DNA of 64,000 nt from Octopus sinensis (Eukaryota). The translations under genes and the position numbers were made by a program. The notes under the pieces were generated by a model. It did not search any database. It worked only from the letters and a program-made list of their open reading frames with translations, and had not been told where the DNA came from. How positions within the stretch are numbered: the first letter of the stretch is position 1; each line of letters opens with the position of its first letter. Below are positions 54,714-64,000 of the stretch, one piece after another. The stretch is from contig NC_043012.1 of the NCBI RefSeq assembly GCF_006345805.1, forward strand, positions 39,060,001 through 39,124,000, in the 5' to 3' direction.

Positions 54714-56479
54714 GTTAGTGAAAGTTCCTATCTTACGTATGATCTTTAATAAATTGTTTTTTCTTGGATGTTCTGATGAGAAAAAAAGAGTTTATGTTCT
54801 CTGCCGTTCCATCCATGACTTCAATACATATCGTCTCCTTGCTTTTTCAGCAAGTAGTGTTTGTTTTAAGCAATACTATTCGTTACTTGTTGGATCCGCA
54901 AATCTACCAGGCCCCTAAATCGGTGCGTCGATATATAGCTTGTGTGTATATATTTATACACGCTCTATGTGTGTACACGCGTGCGTGCGTGCATGAATAA
55001 TATACACACTAAACAGTAGCAAGAAAGGTAGGATTGAGATTTACAGCATCCTCGTTACTCATATTTTCAGAGTACATCCTCTCTATTTGACTACACACAC
55101 ACACAACACACAAACACACACAAACACACACAACACATATGCATACACATATATGTGTGTATGTTATATACGTATACTTACATGCGTATGCGCATGCGTA
55201 AGTGTTTACCTTTGGTGTGTAACTATTATATCGTAACCAATATTTGAGAACAGAGATAAACCAAAACTATTATTTTTCTAGTTTCTGATGTTTTGCTTCA
55301 TATATATACATAAATTATTTATATATATATAATTTATATTCGTTTATTATTAAATTGAAATAAAAACGTCGCATTCTTTGGTGCTTAAACATATAAAAAA
55401 CGATTAAGCATCTCCCATGAATCCCCATTTCCTCACCTACGCAGCCATATTGTTGAATGATCTATTTCTTAAGTAAGGATACGATAATTGATAGCTATTC
55501 AACATATTTCAGACAAAGCATCACCTACCCATTATATTTTTATACCAATTACGATTGAAGCTCTCTTGGGAGATAAGTAATCAATGATTTATTAATTCTG
55601 ACAGAGGAATTTCTAATTCTGTTGTGAAACTATCAACATTCGGTACTGTTAGGTCAACCATTGTCTTAGAAACATTGGTAACGTTTTGTATTATTGGTAA
55701 TTTGGAATCGATTCTAGAAAACTAGAAGACTAAGACGACATCCCTGAAACTTAAACTCGTGATGAGGTTGTACAGCCCCAGCTTATCCCTTAGTGAGTGG
55801 GCTTCTCATCAAAGTCATTTCAATTATGAACATTCGGTATTTTTGCTTATATGAGACTGAAGATACGGAAATATGTGAAGGAGACATTACTGTGATTTCT
55901 TGCCTATTGACCCACCTCGTAGACATTTGTTGCTTGGCTCACTTTAAATTTTGCGAGAAATATTTCAGTATAATGGTCTCCAAACATAGGTCTGATAGTC
56001 TTCGCAGGTGAGATTTGTTACCGGAACGTAATAGAACAGGTTCTGACTTAGGATGGTACTGTTTGATATGGTTGTTGTTAGCAAGGTGCTTTTATCGTAT
56101 AGTCATTAGTAAACAACAGCATTGTTATTTATTTACATGTTGACATTGGTCTAACGAAACCTTCGCTGTGTATATCAGTGTGTGTGTGTGTGTGCGTGTA
56201 TCGGCTTGAGTAATAAGGATGCATCTTCTCATTATAATCTATTTTATGTGTAAAGTGCCATATTTTCTGCTTTTCTTCCTCATATTTATATCTTCTCGGA
56301 TAGAAAATGACAAAAACACACGCGCGCACCCACAAACCAGTAATTTGTTCCTCGTCTTCATAACTCCTTGTAAGCAGGAGATTAATGAGTAAGGGTCCTC
56401 CATATGGTACAGAATATGTCTACCGGAAACCATCGTCCCTTTACTGTCCACCAACCACTCCCACTTTACTACTAACATA

Positions 56480-56640
56480 AATCAAGGCAGTGACCTGGTG
56501 GAATCGTTATTGCGCAGAACAAAATGCTTGCGGCATTTTTTTTCGGTTCTTTATGTTCTGAGTTCGAATGATCCCCATGGCGACTTTGCGTGTCTGTCGA
56601 GGTCGCTAAAACGAATACCATTTAAGCCCTGTAGTCGATC
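56480..56640 (+). mobile_element. Degenerate SINE family B
   Basis: gacctggtggaatcgtta...ctgagttcgaatg...gcgactttgcg. Confidence 0.55.
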
Positions 56641-57369
56641 TAATCGACTTTCCTTTCCTCTAAAATCTGCTGACTTTGGGTCAAAATTAGAAAGAATCTT
56701 TGTTGTTGAAGAAATGCTGTTACTGATACCTCGTGATTCACTTTGGATATTTCCTTCAAGTCAACGTCCTTACGTTTTCCGCTGCTGTTGCGCAATAATA
56801 AACTGATTTAAATAAATGAAGTCGATAATATTCAAATGATTTTAATGTCTGAAGCTCATGCAATACACAGATGAACGAAAGCAAGATAGATATGAAATAT
56901 TTATTCCTTGTGTTTACAAACTTCGGCTGCAGATTAATTCGATAAAGTTAAAAAGTTCAGCGCAGTGTAAGACTGATTCTAGTTGTCGTGGCTTTTCGGT
57001 CGGAATTACAAAGTTTAACTCCTGAGTTCGAATCTCGTTCTCGTTACATTCAGGCCTCATCTTTCCAGACTCGGTAAAATGAATCCAAGAAAAAACAAAT
57101 GTCACTGAAAGACTTCTATAAATCACAGATTTCATGTTTTGTTTTTGTATTTAGTTGTTTTATTACGTGCATTATCTCATTTTTAGCTTTCCACAAGGCC
57201 TTTCTGCAGCTAATAATGCAAAAAGAATGGTTGCAAGGCTGGGTGCTCTTCTCTGTTTTCTAAAATTGTGTGGAGACTGTACAGATGATATTTTGTGTCA
57301 CTTCCGCTTCTAAAGCCAACATCTTCTTTAGTTGAGGCCTTTGACTATTCAAACTGTATCAGCACATTG

Positions 57370-58340
57370 CTCATCATGTCTAGTCTCGGCATTCCGAAGG
57401 TTTATCACGAAGATTGATATTCAGCAGGAGTCCTGCGCTCAGGTAAATAATAAGAAAACAGCAGAGTTCAAAAGTTGGAGCTGAATTCATCAGGGTTGTT
57501 TTCTTTCTCCATGCTTGTTCAACATCTATTCTCAGTTGGTAACGCAAGGAGCAATCCAGGAAGAAGACAGCATCAAAATGTATGGCTAATCGATACTGTT
57601 CGAACCGCGAAGAATGCAACTGGACTACAAGAAATGATAAATAGAGTTTTAAATGTCTCAATTACGCATTGGCTTTATCTCATCCATAAGGAAATAAACG
57701 TCAAATTTGTAGGAAAAGAGAAAGTAAATGCTAATATCAAAGTGGTTGATGAGAGGCTCGAACAGGTTGAATTGTACAAATGCCTTGGAGCACAAGTCTC
57801 TGAGGAAACCACGTGTAAGAAAGAGATTAGAAAACGGCTAACCATGGGGAGAATGTCAATGGACAAGCTTGATAGTATGTGCGCCAGCAAAAGTATCTCA
57901 GTAAAGCTTAAAACAAGTCTGGTGTGAGTGTTCATTTGACCAATAGACATTAATGGTTCTAAAGCGTAGACCCTGAACAAATTTGAAGAGAAAATAATTG
58001 ATGCTTTTGAAACGTGGGTATATAGGAGAATGTTGGGATTCTTTTACAAGGCTCAATAGGACAAAAGAGCGACTGTTACAACAGGTTGGTGAAAGACAAC
58101 TCCTGAACATTGTGAAAAACCAAAAGATCATCTAGAACGGCCATAGCCAAAGAAGCAGAGGTCTGGAAAACATTATCATAGAAGAAAGAGTAGAGGGTAG
58201 AAGATGAAGAGGCTGACAAAGAACGCAATGGATGGACAATATAAAGAGATGGTTGACCAACAGAGGCAAGGCAGCCGGAGAACTCAGATTTATCGGGAAG
58301 ATTTTCGTTATGTCATCAATGCGTTGTAGACGCACGATAT
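57370..58340 (+). mobile_element. Decayed RTE-clade LINE, RT C-terminal part and 3' end
   Basis: GLQEMINRV..., ERLEQVELYKCLGAQVSEETTCKKEIRKRLTMGRMSMDKL, SISVKLK and KIIDAFETWVYRRML, with stops and frameshifts. Confidence 0.8.
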
Positions 58341-59149
58341 ATGTCGACGACAACAATTACCGTATTCAATTGTAAAAAAGCGCATGGATATGTTAGGGAC
58401 ATTTTAATTTTAGCAGAGCATATACAGAACATAGACAGGCATTTGGGGACAAGATTGTGTCTTATATACCAGCAAATACGGTAAATAAACTGTGATATTT
58501 TGTTCACTTTTGTGACATTGTTATACCAATTGTATTGCTATTGCGTACAGTCAGGTATTGTACATCACTGAGTCTTTGCTTAAATATTTTGTTTAACCAT
58601 TTAATCTATCGCTATAGTTCTTTAACTATTATTGTATTTTCTTCTTTTTTCATGCAATGCCAATTTTTTTTCTAACCACTTCTGATAGCATTCTCAGTGA
58701 TTTTTTCATCCTGCGATTTCATTTCCGGGAGATGAAATAAAGCAGTAGACATCTACCCGGGTTATCACTGGCAGCAGCTCTGAGCCAATGTTTTTATATA
58801 AAAACTTGAATGAAAAGAATTCTTTATAGTCTCATTGTAATTAGTTGTGGTCCTTTATCTTCCGAGTCGAAACCCCGTGGAGGTCACCTTTGATATTTCT
58901 AAGTTCCAGAGTAGACAAAATAAGTAGCAGTCATGCTTTGGTATCGATCGTTCGGTTGTACCATACTGAAACCTTGCTCTCATCCTTCCGAGGACCGAAC
59001 AGAGACGTACGTTTGACTGTTTCTTCTCCAGTAGAATAATATCTGACATTGTATGCTTGCATGTAGAAGAAATTATTATTTTTGCCTGTGTTAGACGTTA
59101 TTATTGATGCGAAAGCAATAATCTTTAACGAGTCGAACTAAATAACTTG

Positions 59150-59500
59150 CTCCGTTTTCTTCTGGTTCTTTAATTTCTGAGTTCAAAATCTGGCAGAGAT
59201 CTACTTTGCCCTTCTCCTTTCCGAAGTCCTTAAAATAAAATAGCAGTGAATTACGGCATTCGGTTTAATTCCTTTCACTAACCCTTCCACTTGCAATTAC
59301 TGGCCCTGTGCCAAAATATGAACCACCAAGGCGCTGAGCTGGTACAATCGTTAGCACAGCGGACAAAATGCTTAGCAACATCTCGTCTTTCTATATTTCT
59401 TAAGTTCAAATTCCACTGAGGTCGATTTTGACTTTTAACATTTCTGGGTCGATAAAATAGGTACCAATCAAGTACTTGGATCTATGTAATCAAGTGACCC
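59150..59500 (+). mobile_element. Two degenerate SINE family B copies
   Basis: ctgagttcaaaatc...ctactttgcccttctcc and gagctggtacaatcgttagc...gaggtcgattttgacttttaacatttctgggtcgataaaataggtacc. Confidence 0.65.
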
Positions 59501-60817
59501 GTCACTTTAAATTTCTGATTTGGTGCCTACACCAGCAATGGATAATTATTCTCATTGAACGCACTATATATATTGCTATAGTATATTGAAATATATACGA
59601 TAGTGGAACTATGACAACGTTTGGAGGAATCGAACCTGCAACCTTTCAAATTGGTAACCCTTCACACTATCACTCAACCTTGATAATTATGCTATTTTCA
59701 AACAGACACAAAATATAAACGAATATAAAATTCATTAAGGAAAACATTCTACTAACGAGGTCAGCCATTTTAAATATGTTTCAAAACTAAATTAGATTTT
59801 ACCGTGATTTTTTCTTAGATTTGTTTTCGATTTTTTTCCCTTTACTTCGTCTGCGCGAGTTGTGAATGTGACATATTGCCTTTCAACTTTTGACCCTTGC
59901 GTGACACGTTGTTATGACTGTCACATCATTGGATGCCTACAATCCTAAATGGTAGCACTTACATTTTTTGTTTCTATTATTACCAATCTATCAGTGAAAT
60001 ATTTGCATCACATTTCCTTTAAATGACAGCCATTTTAGACAGTAATTGTCATTTCGTCGAGATGGTGTGTGTGCGTATATATATACACATATATATGTGT
60101 GTGTATGCATATATATATACACACATATATACATATATGCATACATATATATTTACATACATATATATACACAATTGTATGTACATAGACATGTGTGCAT
60201 TTGTGTACATACATGTATATATCTATAGATAGATACATATACATATAGATCTATACATATATATATATATTTATACATACATACATATATATATGTATAT
60301 ACATTTATACACATATTTACAGATGTGTGTGTGTGTGTGTACGTGCGTAGCTGAGTTTCTATGTGCCCCTTGGTGAGTGTTTTAGCGTGATATAGTAAAC
60401 ATAATACATAGTTATTAAAGGGGCGGCCATAAATCTTTGTCATCATAGTTTAACTTTCTAAGTAAGTTGCATTTAATGCGCATGTCTTCTGCACTTCGCC
60501 AGAGATATTTCCCTGCAAGCAGCCTCATTAAGGTACCATATGTTTCACCCCGACTCGCACAAACGTGTACACAAACAAAGACACATACACACAAATCCAC
60601 ATAGACACACACAAGCACATAGACACACATATGTACACACACACTAATACAAACACACACATTAATGTTCATTACATTTAAAATTTATTTTGGAGAAGTA
60701 GATTATGACGAAATACATGAAAAAAACACAAATAAACTGCAACTGAAGCAAAAAATAACTATTGATTTTTTTTAAGCACAAAATTTTTTCTCTACTTTAT
60801 TCCATATTTAGTGAAAC

Positions 60818-61050
60818 ACTCTTCTTCTTCTTCTTCTTCTTCTTCTTCTTCTTCTTCTTCTTCTTCTTCTTCTTCTTCTTCTTCTTCTTCTTCTTCTTCT
60901 TCTTCTTCTTCTTCTTCTTCTTCTTCTTCTTCTTCTTCTTCTTCTTCTTCTTCTTCTTCTTCTTCTTCGTTGTATTATTATTATTATTATATTATTATTA
61001 TTATTATTAATTATTATTATTATTATTATATTATTATTATTATTATATTA
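60818..61050. repeat. (TTC)n followed by (TTA)n microsatellite
   Basis: Directly visible. Confidence 0.95.
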
Positions 61051-61100
61051 CTGATACTACTACAACGCAACCAATGCAAGGTAACAGAAAACAAATATAT

Positions 61101-61184
<84 letters not shown>

Positions 61185-61412
61185 TAACATTTGGTGAATG
61201 TAATTTTGCTCTCTCGTTGCTATTCCAGTTAATGCCACTGTAGATTCTAATTAGCAAATAGCTAGCTGAGTGTTAGATTTAAAAGTAATGTCAGCTTCCT
61301 AAATGTATCAAACTTTAATGTGCCAGTATTTGGTGGTTTTCGAAGCGCATATAGAAACACACACTATACTTTGCAGATTACAAGTCGAATGGTGCTTCTT
61401 ATTTTTTATATT

Positions 61413-61727
61413 TTATCATTTGTCTTGTACTTGTTTCAGCCATTAGACTGTGGCCATGATGTGGCGATGCATTGGAGAATTTTAGTGGAACGAATCGAGC
61501 CGTTTAATTGTTTGTTTTTGAACCTGCTACTTACTTATATTCGGGGTCGCCTTTGCCGAACCAGTAAGGGACGGAGACCCAAGGGAACCAACAACTGTTG
61601 TCAAGTGTGCTGGAGGACAAACACAAGACAGAAACACACCCGTATGCATACGCAAAGTACATATATACATATATATATATGCTTATATATATATATATGT
61701 ATTATATATATGTATATATATATATGT

Positions 61728-61767
<40 letters not shown>

Positions 61768-61798
61768 TATTATATATATATATATATATATGTGTATG

Positions 61799-61849
<51 letters not shown>

Positions 61850-61995
61850 ATATATATATATATGTATGTATATATATATATATGTATATGAATATATGTA
61901 TGTATGTATTACACATACAAAATGTATAGATGTTTATGCATATATACATATATGCATATATATATATAAATAGACAGACAGACAGACAGACAGAC

Positions 61996-62081
<86 letters not shown>

Positions 62082-62240
62082 GTATACGACGGGCTTCTGT
62101 CGGTTTCTGTCTAGCAAATCCACCAACACAGTCTTGGTTGGCTCGAGTTTATACCAGAGGGTACTTGCCCAATGTGTGACCCGCAGTGGGACTGAAAACA
62201 GAACCATGTGGCTGGGAAGCAAATTTCTTAGCACCCACCC
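61413..62240 (-). mobile_element. SINE family C split by a ~430-bp internal (AT)n/(GATA)n expansion
   Basis: Tail at 61413-61640 and head at 62085-62240. Confidence 0.75.
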
Positions 62241-63293
62241 TTAATCTGCGTATATTGTGCACACATTCACGCATCGCCAATTTGTATTTTTCCTTCTGCT
62301 TGTTACATGGAACGTTCGGTTCTTCAAGTTCTCTTTGCTCTATAAGTCGATCTACCTTTTTTGGCTGTAAATTTTAGCCACCCTAATTGATGGGATTCTT
62401 GATATACTGTGCTTGATAAAATTGGTGGCATGGTCACGGTTGAATAACTTTAATGCTAGATGTACTCCACCACTGATAGTCTATGGCTAAACAACAATAT
62501 AAAGCCGTGTTTGAGTTTTCGCTTGAGTGAATGCTCCTTATCAAAGGTACGTGTTCTGGTTTGGATCTACACCAACCTCGAGCATACAAAAATATGATGA
62601 AATAAGATCCATCCATGACCACATTGACCTTTTATAACAATGTGCTTCCATTATTAGACAGTAGGTTATAAATTAAGGGGCTTGTGGTTGAAATGTCTTG
62701 CAGATTCAGGTATTGTATTGAGGCTCCCATGTCATCAATGTAATGTATGACATACATCGGTAATGTATGTCAGTTTGTCTGACTGAGGGCATCTGTGACG
62801 ATTTATGTGCGTCTTCGAGTGCATGTCCTTTCCTTCTGTTTGTGTCTGAGTGTGTGCTTGTATGAAGTTCTGTATCGATGCATGGACGGACATGCTACGA
62901 GAGACATATTACTGTTTCGTGTTTATCGTTCACGGAAATACTTGTTTAACTGTGGTGTCTGAGTATTCAGTAAGCGTATGCACAACGGTTACACTAATAC
63001 TCAAACAATATCAGTGAAGCAGAAAGTATGACAAAGCGGGGGTCTCCGTACTACTTTTTTATTAAACTGGATACCGCACAGTTTCCACAAGAGATGCACC
63101 GACCCGTTGTAATACTAAGAGAATCTTCACCAAGGTGAGTTGTAGTTGGAACGAACCCGCGACCTTCTGAATGCCAAGAGAACTACTTAACTATTCAGCT
63201 ATGACAAATTCAGATGCACACTTATATATGCTCATATCTATGTATCTATATATATATATCTATATATATATATATATACATATGTGTGTATAC

Positions 63294-63369
<76 letters not shown>

Positions 63370-63573
63370 GACATGTATATTTCAATATGCTTATACATAT
63401 CTAAACACATATGTATGCGTGTGTTGCGTGTGAATAGACAAATTGATATAGACGCGTAGATATGTGCACACACAGAAACACACACATTTAAAATAAATAT
63501 ATAAACATATATTGTATACTATAAATGTATTTTAGTGTATATTTGGCTATAGGTAAGTATGTGTGCATCTATG

Positions 63574-63624
<51 letters not shown>

Positions 63625-64000
63625 GGTGCGGGTGTATGCGTGTGTGTAAATTAAATTCCCATTCAACCTAAATACCCGGCCAGCGAACAAACTGAAAAAT
63701 CAATTTTCAAATCTAATTTAGATTTAATACAAACTTGTAAACATTATATAATTTCACTTATTTGAAAACACACGCACTCACATCTAGACACACACACACA
63801 CATAAAGAATGAAGACAGCCATAATAAAGTGGGGAAGTGTGAGAATATACTTATTGTTGAAAGTCCCTCTCCATCTTTATACACACACACACACACACTG
63901 AGATATATATATTTATATAAGAATGCATATACGTATATATGTATATAAATGGTGTGCGTAAGTGTGTGTGTAAATATACATTTATATGCGTATATATACA

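Overview
AT-rich, microsatellite-saturated eukaryotic DNA. The SINE families, 5S sequence and repeat landscape suggest a cephalopod (octopus-like) genome; this is an inference. It contains one 100-N gap and many indel-type differences that look like long-read noise. I recognise no host protein-coding gene with confidence. The window is mostly (AT)n/(AC)n/(GATA)n/(AAT)n/(AAG)n tracts, three families of tRNA-derived SINEs, LINE remnants (CR1-like RT, RTE, R4/Dong), Penelope-like (PLE) GIY-YIG fragments, a deleted Tc1/mariner and a Helitron-like element. The main result is a ~8 kb array of a ~554-bp unit (13 direct copies plus ~1.3 inverted copies, 14925-22932). Every unit carries a type I hammerhead-ribozyme (HHR) motif with a self-complementary stem III, and the array has a 5-monomer higher-order structure; it looks like a retrozyme/PLE-pLTR satellite. 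Four other, unrelated HHR-like motifs occur in the window, including a ~400-bp palindrome with one ribozyme in each arm. Also notable are a 5S rRNA copy fused to a SINE/LINE 3' tail, a 51-bp perfect hairpin with a GAAA loop, and several inverted duplications. All structures were folded and aligned by eye; no database searches were run.
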